From the NCBI RefSeq assembly GCF_009914755.1, contig NC_060936.1: 64,000 nucleotides of DNA. One strand, written 5' to 3'. The translations under genes and the position numbers were made by a program. Within the stretch, counting starts at the first letter, position 1, and the number at the start of each line of letters is the position of its first letter. This stretch comes from the human T2T-CHM13v2.0 reference genome, Homo sapiens. Below are positions 40,701 to 53,063 of this stretch, piece by piece. The notes under the pieces are model-generated. The model was not told the DNA's origin and ran no database searches. It saw only the letters and a program-made list of their open reading frames with translations.

Positions 40701-43700
40701 TTGAAATCTCCACATGGAAACTCCACAAAAAGAGTGTTTCAAATCTGCTCTTTCTGAAGAAATGTTCAACTCTGTGAGTTGAATACACACACCACAAATA
40801 AGTTACTGAGAATTCTTCTGTGGAACATTATATGAGGAAATCCCGTTTCCAACGAAGGCCTCAAAGAGGTCCAAATATCCACTTGCAGACTTTACAAAGA
40901 CAGTGTCTCCAAACTCCTCCATCAAAAGAAAGGTTATACTCTGTGAATTGAATGCACACATCACAAAGTAGTTTCTGAGAATGATTGTGTCTAGTTTTTA
41001 TACGAAGATATTTCCTTTTCTACATTTGGCCTAAAAGCGCTTGAAATCTCCACCTGCAAATATCACAAAAAGAGGGTTTCACATCTGCTCTGTCTAAAGG
41101 ACAGTTCACCTCTGTGAGTTGAATAGAGGCAATACAAAGAACTTACTCAGTATTCTTCTTTCTAGCGTTCTATGAAGAAATCACATTTCCAACGAAGGCC
41201 CCAAAGAGGTCCAAATATCTGCTTGCAGACTTTACAGACAGAGTGTTTCCAAACTACTCTATGAAAAGAAAGCTTAAACTCCTTGAGTTGAACGCACACA
41301 TCACAAAGTAGTTTCTGAGAATGATTCTGTCTAGTTTTTATACGAAGATGTTTCCTTTTCCACATTTGGTCTCAAAGCGATTGAAATCTGCAACTGGAAA
41401 CTGCACAAATAGGGTGTATCAAATCTGCTCTGTCTAAAGAAGGTTCAACTCTGTGAGTTGAATACACACACCACAAATAAGTTACTGAGAATTCTTCTGT
41501 CGAACATTACTTGAAGAAATCCCGTTTCCAACGAAGGCCTCAAAGAGGTCCAAATATCTGCTTGCAGACTTTACAGACAGAGTGTTTCCAAACTACTCTA
41601 TGAAAAGAAAGCTTAAACTCCTTGAGTTGAACGCACACATCACAAAGTAGTTTCTGAGAATGATTCTGTCTAGTTTTTATACGAAGATATTTCCTTTTCT
41701 ACATTTGGTCTCAAAGCGATTGAAATCTCCAACTGGAAACTGCACAAATAGGGTGTTTCAAATCTGCTCTGTCTAAAGGAAGGTTCAACTCTGTGAGTTG
41801 AATACACACACCACAAATAAGTTACTGAGAATTCTTCTGTCGAAAATTACTTGAAGAAATCCCGTTTCCAACGAAGGCCTCAAAGAGCTCCAAATATCCA
41901 CTTGCAGACATTACAAACAGAGTGTTTCCAAACTGCTCCATCAAAAGAAAGGTTAAACTCTGTGAGCTGAACACACACATCAAAAAGAAGATTCTGTGAA
42001 TGATTCTGTCTAGATTTTATAAGATGTGTCCTTTTCTACCGTAGGCCTCAAAGCGCTTGAAATCTCCAGCTGCAAATTCCACAAAAAGGGTGTTTAACAT
42101 CTGCTCTTCTAAAGGAAAGTTCAACTCTATGAGTTGAATACACACAGCACAAAGAAGTTACTGAGACTTCTCCTATCAAACATTATATGAAGAAATCCCG
42201 TTTCCAACGAAGGCCTCAAAGAGGTCCAAATATCTACTTGCAGACTTTACAGACAGAGTGTTTCCAAACTGCTCCATCAAAAGAAAGGTTAAACTCCTTG
42301 AGTTGAACACACACATCACAAAGTAGTTTCTGTAAATGATTCTGTCCAGTTTTTATACGAAGATGTTTCCTTTTCTACCTTTGGTCTCAAAGCGATTGAA
42401 ATCTCCACATGGAAACTCCACAAAAAGAGTGATTCAAATCTGCTCTTTCTGAAGGAAGGTTCAACTCTGTGAGTTGAATACACACAACACAAATAAGTTA
42501 CTGAGAATTCTTCTGTGTAACATTATATGAGGAAATCCCGTTTCCAACGAAGGCCTCAAAGAGGTCCAAATATCCACTTGCAGACTTTACAAAGACAGTG
42601 TCTCCAAACTCCTCCATCAAAAGAAAGGTTATACTCTGTGAATTGAACGCACACATCACAAAGTAGTTTCTGAGAATGATTCTGTCTAGTTTTTATACGA
42701 AGATATTTCCTTTTCTACATTTGGCCTAAAAGCGCTTGAAATCTCCACCTGCAAATATCACAAAAAGAGGGTTTCACATCTGCTCTCTCTAAAGGACAGT
42801 TCACCTCTGTGAGTTGAATAGAGGCAACACAAAGAACTTACTCAGTATTCTTCTTTCTAGCGTTCTATGAAGAAATCCCGTTTCCAACGAAGGCCTCAAA
42901 GAGGTCCAAATATCTGCTTGCAGACTTTACAGACAGAGTGTTTCCAAACTACTCTATGAAAAGAAAGCTTAAACTCCTTGAGTTGAACGCACACATCACA
43001 AAGTAGTTTCTGAGAATGATTCTGTCTAGTTTTTATACGAAGATGTTTCGTTTTCTACATTTGGTCTCAAAGCGATTGAAATCTCCAACTGGAAACTGCA
43101 CAAATAGGGTGTTTCAAATCTGCTCTGTCTAAAGGAAGGTTCAACTCTGTGAGTTGAATACACACACCACAAATAAGTTACTGAGAATTCTTCTGTCGAA
43201 CATTACTTGAAGAAATCCCGTTTCCAAAGAAGGCCTCAAAGAGGTCCAAATATCCACTTGCAGACATTACAAACAGAGTGTTTCCAAACTGCTCCATCAA
43301 AAGAAAGGTTAAACTCTGTGAGCTGAACACACACATGAAAAAGAAGTTTCTGTTAATGATTCTGTCTAGATTTTATAAGAAGATGTTTCCTTTTCTACCG
43401 TAGGCCTCAAAGCGCTTGAAATCTCCAGCTGCAAATTCCACAAAAAGGGTGTTTAACATCTGCTCTTCTAAAGGAAAGTCCAACTCTATGCGTTGAATAC
43501 ACACCGCACAAAGAAGTTACTGAGACTTCTCCTATCAAACATTATATGAAGAAATCCCGTTTCCAACGAAGGCCCCAAAAGGTCCAAATATCTGCTTGCA
43601 GACTTTACAGACAGAGTTTTTCCAAACAGCTCCATCAAAAGAAAGGTTAAACTCCTTGAGTTGAACACACACATCACAAAGTAGTTTCTGTGAATGATTC

Positions 43701-43893
43701 TGTCTAGTTTTTATACGAAGATGTTTCCTTTTCTACCTTTGGTCTCAAAGCGATTGAAATCTCCACATGGAAACTCCACAAAAAGAGTGTTTCAAATCTG
43801 CTCTTTCTGAAGGAATGTTCAACTCTGTGAGTTGAATACACACACCACAAATAAGTTACTGAGAATTCTTCTGTGGAACATTATATGAGGAAA
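37788..43893 (-). repeat. Two tandem copies of a 3053-bp 18-mer (A-B-B-C-D + A-B-C-D)
   Basis: Units start at 37788 and 40841 and share TCACATTTCC, GAGCTCC, AAGATTCTG, GTCCAG and CCCCAAAAGG. The identical 63-aa ORFs at 40433 and 43486 are exactly 3053 bp apart. Confidence 0.92.
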
Positions 43894-44912
43894 TCCCGTT
43901 TCCAACGAAGGCCTCAAAGAAGTCCAAATATCCACTTGCAGACTTTACAAAGACAGTGTCTCCAAACTCCTCCATCAAAACAAAGGTTATACTCTGTGAA
44001 TTGAACGCACACATCACAAAGTAGTTTCTGAGAATGATTCTGTCTAGTTTTTATACGAAGATATTTCCTTTTCTACATTTGGCCTAAAAGCGCTTGAAAT
44101 CTCCACCTGCAAATATCACAAAAAGAGGGTTTCACATCTGCTCTGTCTAAAGGACAGTTCACCTCTGTGAGTTGAATAGAGGCAACACAAAGAACTTACT
44201 CAGTATTCTTCTTTCTAGCCTTTTATGAAGAAATCCCGTTTCCAACGAAGGCCTCAAAGAGGTCCAAATATCTGCTTGCAGACTTTACAGACAGAGTGTT
44301 TCCAAACTACTCTATGAAAAGAAAGCTTAAACTCCTTGAGTTGAACGCACACATCACAAAGTAGTTTCTGAGAATGATTCTGTCTAGTTTTTATACGAAG
44401 ATGTTTCCTTTTCTACATTTGGTCTCAAAGCGATTGAAATCTCCAACTGGAAACTGCACAAATAGGGTGTTTCAAATCTGCTCTGTCTAAAGGAAGGTTC
44501 AACTCTGTGAGTTGAATACACACACCACAAATAAGTTACTGAGAATTCTTCTGTCGAACATTACTTGAAGAAATCCCGTTTCCAAAGAAGGCCTCAAAGA
44601 GGTCCAAATATCCACTTGCAGACATTACAAACAGAGTGTTTCCAAACTGCTCCATCAAAAGAAAGGTTAAACTCTGTGAGCTGAACACACACATCAAAAA
44701 GAAGTTTCTGTGAATGATTCTGTCTAGATTTTATAAGAAGATGTTTCCTTTTCTACAGTAGGCCTCAAAGCGCTTGAAATCTCCAGCTGCAAATTCCACA
44801 AAAAGGGTGTTTAACATCTGCTGTTCTAAAGGAAAGTTCAAATCAATGAGTTGAATACACACAGCACAAAGAAGTTACTGAGACTTCTCCTATCAAACAT
44901 CATATGAAGAAA
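43894..44912 (-). repeat. 6-mer variant HOR A-B-C lacking D (C-to-A joins also at 48650, 54762, 61213)
   Basis: The end of C is followed by the box at 44913 and then the A tag ACAAAGACAGTGTCTCC. Confidence 0.88.
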
Positions 44913-47900
44913 TCCCGTTTCCAAAAAAGGCCTCAAAGAGGTCCAAATATCTGCTTGCAGACTTTACAAAGACAGTGTCTCCAAACTCCTCCATCAAAAG
45001 AAAGGTTATACTCTGTGAATTGAACGCACACATCACAAAGTAGTTTCTGAGAATGATTCTGTCTAGTTTTTATACGAAGATATTTTTTTTTCTACATTTG
45101 GCCTAAAAGCGCTTGAAATCTCCACCTGCAAATATCACAAAAAGAGGGTTTCACATCTGCTCTTTCTAAAGGACAGTTCACCTCTGTGAGTTGAATAGAG
45201 GCAACACAAAGAACTTACTCAGTATTCTTCTTTCTAGCGTTCTATGAAGAAATCCCGTTTCCAACGAAGGCCCCAAAGAGGTCCAAATATCTGCTTGCAG
45301 ACTTTACAGACAGAGTGTTTCCAAACTACTCTATGAAAAGAAAGCTTAAACTCCTTGAGTTGAACGCACACATCACAAAGTAGTTTCTGAGAATGATTCT
45401 GTCTAGTTTTTATACGAAGATGTTTCCTTTTCTACATTTGGTCTCAAAGCGATTGAAATCTCCAACTGGAAACTGCACAAATAGGGTGTTTCAAATCTGC
45501 TCTGTCTAAAGGAAGGTTCAACTCTGTGAGTTGAATACACACACCACAAATAAGTTACTGAGAATTCTTCTGTCGAAAATTACTTGAAGAAATCCCGTTT
45601 CCAACGAAGGCCTCAAAGAGGTCCAAATATCCACTTGCAGACATTACAAACAGAGTGTTTCCAAACTGCTCCATCAAAAGAAAGGTTAAACTCTGTGAGC
45701 TGAACACACACATCAAAAAGAAGTTTCTGTGAATGATTCTGTCTAGATTTTATAAGAAGATGTTTCCTTTTCTACCGTAGGCCACAAAGCGCTTGAAAAC
45801 TCCAGCTGCAAATTCCACAAAAAGGGTGTTTAACATCTGCTCTTCTAAAGGAAAGTTCAACTCTATGCGTTGAATACACACAGCACAAAGAAGTTACTGA
45901 GACTTCTCCTATCAAACATTATATGAAGAAATCCCGTTTCCAACGAAGGCCTCAAAGAGGTCCAAATATCTGCTTGCAGACTTTACAGACAGAGTTTTTC
46001 CAAACTGCTCCATCAAAAGAAAGGTTAAACTCCTTGAGTTGAACACACACATCACAAAGTAGTTTCTGTGAATGATTCTGTCTAGTTTTTATACGAAGAT
46101 GTTTCCTTTTCTACCTTTGGTCTCAAAGCGATTGAAATCTCCACATGGAAACTCCACAAAAAGAGTGTTTCAAATCTGCTCTTTCTGAAGGAAGGTTCAA
46201 CTCTGTGAGTTGAATACACACACCACAAATAAGTTACTGAGAATTCTTCTGTGTAACATTATATGAGGAAATCCCGTTTCCAACGAAGGCCTCAAAGAGG
46301 TCCAAATATCCACTTGCAGACTTTACAAAGACAGTGTCTCCAAACTCCTCCATCAAAAGAAAGGTTATACTCTGTGAATTGAAAGCACACATCACAAAGT
46401 AGTTTCTGAGTATGATTCTGTCTAGTTTTTATACGAAGATATTTCCTTTTCTACATTTGGCCTAAAAGCGCTTGAAATCTCCACCTGCAAATATCACAAA
46501 AAGAGGGTTTCACATCTGCTCTGTCTAAAGGACAGTTCACCTCTGTGAGTTGAATAGAGGCAACACAAAGAACTTACTCAGTATTCTTCTTTCTAGCGTT
46601 CTATGAAGAAATCCCGTTTCCAACGAAGACCCCAATGAGGTCCAAATATCTGCTTGCAGACTTTACAGACAGAGTGTTTCCAAACTACTCTATGAAAAGA
46701 AAGCTTAAACTCCTTGAGTTGAACGCACACATCACAAAGTAGTTTCTGAGAATGATGCTGTCTAGTTTTTGTACGAAGATGTTTCCTTTTGTACATTTGG
46801 TCTCAAAGCGATTGAAATCTCCAACTGGAAACTGCACAAATAGGGTGTTTCAAATCTGCTCTGTCTAAAGGAAGGTTCAACTCTGTGAGTTGAATACACA
46901 CACCACAAATAAGTTACTGAGAATCCTTCTGTCGAACATTACAGGAAGAAATCCCGTTTCCAACGAAGGCCTCAAAGAGGTCCAAATATCCACTTGCAGA
47001 CATTACAAACAGAGTGTTTCCAAACTGCTCCATCAAAAGAAAGGTTAAACTCTGTGAGCTGAACACACACATCAAAAAGAAGTTTCTGTGAATGATTCTG
47101 TCTAGATTTTATAAGAAGATGTTTCCTTTTCTACCGTAGGCCTCAAAGCGCTTGAAATCTCCAGCTGCAAATTCCACAAAAAGGGTGTTTAACATCTGCT
47201 CTTCTAAAGGAAAGTTCAACTCTATGAGTTGAATACACACAGCACAAAGAAGTTACTGAGACTTCTCCTATCAAACATTATATGAAGAAATCCCGTTTCC
47301 AACGAAGGCCTCAAAGAGGTCCAAATATCTGCTTGCAGACTTTACAGACAGAGTGTTTCCAAACTGCTCCATCAAAAGAAAGGTTAAACTCCTTGAGTTG
47401 AACACACACATCACAAAGTAGTTTCTGTGAATGATTCTGTCTAGTTTTTATACGAAGATGTTTCCTTTTCTACCTTTGGTCTCAAAGCGATTGAAATCTC
47501 CACATGGAAACTCCACAAAAAGAGTGTTTCAAATCTGCTCTTTCTGAAGGAAGGTTCAACTCTGTGAGTTGAATACACACACCACTAATAAGTTACTGAG
47601 AATTCTTCTGTGTAACATTATATGAGGAAATCCCGTTTCCAACGAAGGCCTCAAAGAGGTCCAAATATCCACTTGCAGACTTTACAAAGACAGTGTCTCC
47701 AAACTCCTCCATCAAAAGAAAGGTTATACTCTGTGAATTGAACGCACACATCACAAAGTAGTTTCTGAGAATGATTCTGTCTAGTTTTTATACGAAGATA
47801 TTTCCTTTTCTACATTTGGCCTAAAAGCGCTTGAAATCTCCACCTGCAAATATCACAAAAAGAGGGTTTCACATCTGCTCTGTCTAAAGGACAGTTCACC

Positions 47901-50900
47901 TCTGTGAGTTGAATAGAGGCAACACAAAGAACTTACTCAGTATTCTTCTTTCTAGCGTTTTATGAAGAAATCCCGTTTCCAACGAAGGCCTCAAAGAGGT
48001 CCAAATATCTGCTTGCAGACTTTACAGACAGAGTGTTTCCAAACTACTCTATGAAAAGAAAGCTTAAACTCCTTGAGTTGAACGCACACATCACAAAGTA
48101 GTTTCTGAGAATGATTCTGTCTAGTTTTTATACGAAGATGTTTCCTTTTCTACATTTGGTCTCAAAGCGATTGAAATCTCCAACTGGAAACTGCACAAAT
48201 AGGGTGTTTCAAATCTGCTCTGTCTAAAGGAAGGTTCAACTCTGTGAGTTGAATACACACACCACAAATAAGTTACTGAGAATTCTTCTGTCGAACATTA
48301 CTTGAAGAAATCCCGTTTCCAAAGAAGGCCTCAAAGAGGTCCAAATATCCACTTGCAGACATTACAAACAGAGTGTTTCCAAACTGCTCCATGAAAAGAA
48401 AGGTTAAATTCTGTGAGCTGAACACACACATCAAAAAGAAGTTTCTGTGAATGATTCTGTCTAGATTTTATAAGAAGATGTTTCCTTTTCTACCGTAGGC
48501 CTCAAAGCGCTTGAAATCTCCAGCTGCAAATTCCACAAAAAGGGTGTTTAACATATGCTCTTCTAAAGGAAAGTTCAACTCAATGAGTTGAATACACACA
48601 GCACAAAGAAGTTACTGAGACTTCTCCTATCAAACATCATATGAAGAAATCCCGTTTCCAACGAAGGCCTCAAAGAGGTCCAAATATCTGCTTGCAGACT
48701 TTACAAAGACAGTGTCTCCAAACTCCTCCATCAAAAGAAAGGTTATACTCTGTGAATTGAACGCACACATCACAAAGTAGTTTATGAGAATGATTCTGTC
48801 TAGTGTTTATACGAAGATATTTCCTTTTCTACATTTGGCCTAAAAGCGCTTGAAATCTCCACCTGCAAATATCACAAAAAGAGGGTTTCACATCTGCTCT
48901 TTTTAAAGGACAGTTCACCTCTGTGTGTTGAATAGAGGCAACACAAAGAACTTACTCAGTATTCTTCTTTCTAGCGTTCTATGAAGAAATCCCGTTTCCA
49001 ACGAAGGCCCCAAAGAGGTCCAAATATCTGCTTGCAGACTTTACAGACAGAGTGTTTCCAAACTACTCTATGAAAAGAAAGCTTAAACTCCTTGAGTTGA
49101 ACGCACACATCACAAAGTAGTTTCTGAGAATGATTCTGTCTAGTTTTTATACGAAGATGTTTCCTTTTCTACATTTGGTCTCAAAGCGATTGAAATCTCC
49201 AACTGGAAACTGCACAAATAGGGTGTTTCAAATCTGCTCTGTCTAAAGGAAGGTTCAACTCTGTGAGTTGAATACACACACCGCAAATAAGTTACTGAGA
49301 ATTCTTCTGTCGAACATTACTTGAAGAAATCCCGTTTCCAACGAAGGCCTCAAAGAGGTCCAAATATCCACTTGCAGACATTACAAACAGAGTGTTTCCA
49401 AACTGCTCCATCAAAAGAAAGGTTAAACTCTGTGAGCTGAACACACACATCAAAAAGAAGTTTCTGTGAATGATTCTGTCTAGATTTTATAAGAAGATGT
49501 TTCCTTTTCTACCGTAGGCCTCAAAGCGCTTGAAATCTCCAGCTGCAAATTCCACAAAAAGGGTGTTTAACATCTGCTCTTCTAAAGGAAAGTTCAAATC
49601 TATGAGTTGAATACACACAGCACAAAGAAGTTACTGAGACTTCTCCTATCAAACATTATATGAAGAAATCCCGTTTCCAACGAAGGCCTCAAAGAGGTCC
49701 AAATATCTGCTTGCAGACTTTACAGACAGAGTGTTTCCAAACTGCTCCATCAAAAGAAAGGTTAAACTCCTTGAGTTGAACACACACATCACAAAGTAGT
49801 TTCTGTGAATGATTCTGTCTAGTTTTTATACGAAGATGTTTCCTTTTCTACCTTTGGTCTCAAAGCGATTGAAATCTCCACATGGAAACTCCACAAAAAG
49901 AGTGTTTCAAATCTGCTCTTTCTGAAGGAAGGTTCAACTCTGTGAGTTGAATACACACACCACAAATAAGTTACTGAGAATTCTTCTGTGTAACATTATA
50001 TGAGGAAATCCCGTTTCCAACGAAGGCCTCAAAGAGGTCCAAATATCCACTTGCAGACTTTACAAAGACAGTGTCTCCAAACTCCTCCATCAAAAGAAAG
50101 GTTATACTCTGTGAATTGAACGCACACATCACAAAGTAGTTTCTGAGAATGATTCTGTCTAGTTTTTATACGAAGATATTTCCTTTTCTACATTTGGCCT
50201 AAAAGCGCTTGAAATCTCCACCTGCAAATATCACAAAAAGAGGGTTTCACATCTGCTCTGTCTAAAGGACAGTTCACCTCTGTGAGTTGAATAGAGGCAA
50301 CACAAATAACTTACTCAGTATTCTTCTTTCTAGCGTTCTATGAAGAAATCCCGTTTCCAACGAAGACCCCAATGAGGTCCAAATATCTGCTTGCAGACTT
50401 TACAGACAGAGTGTTTCCAAACTACTCTATGAAAAGAAAGCTTAAACTCCTTGAGTTGAACGCACACATCACAAAGTAGTTTCTGAGAATGATTCTGTCT
50501 AGTTTTTATACGAAGATGTTTCCTTTTCTACATTTGGTCTCAAAGCGATTGAAATCTCCAACTGGAAACTGCACAAATAGGGTGTTTCAAATCTGCTCTG
50601 TCTAAAGGAAGGTTCAACTCTGTGAGTTGAATACACACACCACAAATAAGTTACTGAGAATTCTTCTGTCGAACATTACTTGAAGAAATCCCGTTTCCAA
50701 AGAAGGCCTCAAAGAGGTCCAAATATCCACTTGCAGACAATACAAACAGAGTGTTTCCAAAATGCTCCATCAAAAGAAAGGTTAAACTCTGTGAGCTGAA
50801 CACACACATGAAAAAGAAGTTTCTGTGAATGATTCTGTCTAGATTTTATAAGAAGATGTTTCCTTTTCTACCGTAGGCCTCAAAGCGCTTGAAATCTCCA

Positions 50901-52384
50901 GCTGCAAATTCTACAAAAAGGGTGTTTAACATCTGCTCTTCTAAAGGAAAGTTCAACTCTATGCGTTGAATAAACACAGCAGAAAGAAGTTACTGAGACT
51001 TCTCCTATCAAACATTATATGAAGAAATCCCGTTTCCAACGAAGGCCCCAAAGAGGTCCAAATATCTGCTTGCAGACTTTACAGACAGAGTTTTTCCAAA
51101 CAGCTCCATCAAAAGAAAGGTTAAACTCCTTGAGTTGAACACACACATCACAAAGTAGTTTCTGTGAATGATTCTGTCTAGTTTTTATACGAAGATGTTT
51201 CCTTTTCTACCTTTCGTCTCAAAGCGATTGAAATCTCCACATGGAAACTCCACAAAAAGAGTGTTTCAAATCTGCTCTTTCTGAAGGAAGGTTCAACTCT
51301 GTGAGTTGAATACACACACCACAAATAAGTTACTGAGAATTCTACTGTGTAACATTATATGAGGAAATCCCGTTTCCAACGAAGGCCTCAAAGAGGTCCA
51401 AATATCCACTTGCAGACTTTACAAAGACAGTTTCTCCAAACTCCTCCATCAAAAGAAAGGTTATACTCTGTGAATTGAACGCACACATCACAAAGTAGTT
51501 TCTGAGAATGATTCTGTCTAGTTTTTATACGAAGATATTTCCTTTTCTACATTTGGCCTAAAAGCGCTTGAAATCTCCACCTGCAAATATCACAAAAAGA
51601 GGGTTTCACATCTGCTCTGTCTAAAGGACAGTTCACCTCTGTGAGTTGAATAGAGGCAACACAAAGAACTTACTCAGTATTCTTCTTTCTAGCGCTCTAT
51701 GAAGAAATCCCGTTTCCAACGAAGGCCTCAAAGAGGTCCAAATATCTGCTTGCAGACTTTACAGACAGAGTGTTTCCAAACTACTCTATGAAAAGAAAGC
51801 TTAAACTCCTTGAGTTGAACGCACACATCACAAAGTAGTTTCTGAGAATGATTCTGTCTAGTTTTTATACGAAGATGTTTCCTTTTCTACATTTGGTCTC
51901 AAAGCGATTGAAATCTCCAACTGGAAACTGCACAAATAGGGTGTTTCAAATCTGCTCTTTCTAAAGGAAGGTTCAACTCTGTGAGTTGAATACACACACC
52001 ACAAATAAGTTACTGAGAATTCTTCTGTCGAACATTACATGAAGAAATCCCGTTTCCAACGAAGGCCTCAAAGAGGTCCAAATATCCACTTGCAGACATT
52101 ACAAACAGTGTGTTTCCAAACTGCTCCATCAAAAGAAAGGTTAAACTCTGTGAGCTGAACACACATCAAAAAGAAGTTTCTGTGAATGATTCTGTCTAGA
52201 TTTTGTAAGAAGATGTTTCCTTTTCTACCGTAGGCCACAAAGCGCTTGAAATCTCCAGCTGCAAATTCCACAAAAAGGGTGTTTAACATCTGCTCTTCTA
52301 AAGGAAAGTTCAACTCTATGAGTTGAATACACACAGCACAAAGAAGTTACTGAGACTTCTCCTATCAAACATTATATGAAGAAA

Positions 52385-53063
52385 TCCCGTTTCCAACGAA
52401 GGCCTCAAAGAGGTCCAAATATCTGCTTGCAGACTTTACAGACAGAGTTTTTCCAAACTGCTCCATCAAAAGAAAGGTTAAATTCCTTGAGTTGAACACA
52501 CACATCACAAAGTAGTTTCTGTGAATGATTCTGTCTAGTTTTTATACGAAGATGTTTCCTTTTCTACATTTGGTCTCAAAGCGATTGAAATCTCCAACTG
52601 GAAACTGCACAAATAGGGTGTATCAAATCTGCTCTGTCTAAAGAAGGTTCAACTCTGTGAGTTGAATACACACACCACAAATAAGTTACTGAGAATTCTT
52701 CTGTCGAACATTACTTGAAGAAATCCCGTTTCCAACGAAGGCCTCAAAGAGGTCTAAATATCTGCTTGCAGACTTTACAGACAGAGTGTTTCCAAACTAC
52801 TCTATGAAAAGAAAGCTTAAACTCCTTGAGTTGAACGCACACATCACAAAGTAGTTTCTGAGAATGATTCTGTCTAGTTTTTATACGAAGATGTTTCCTT
52901 TTCTACATTTGGTCTCAAAGCGATTGAAATCTCCAACTGGAAACTGCACAAATAGGGTGTTTCAAATCTGCTCTGTCTAAAGGAAGGTTCAACTCTGTGA
53001 GTTGAATACACACACCACAAATAAGTTACTGAGAATTCTTCTGTCGAAAATTACTTGAAGAAA
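52385..53063 (-). repeat. Hybrid D/B dimer followed by B
   Basis: D-type first half switching to ACATTTGG...CAACTGG...GTGTATCAAA, then a full B dimer at 52724. Confidence 0.83.
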
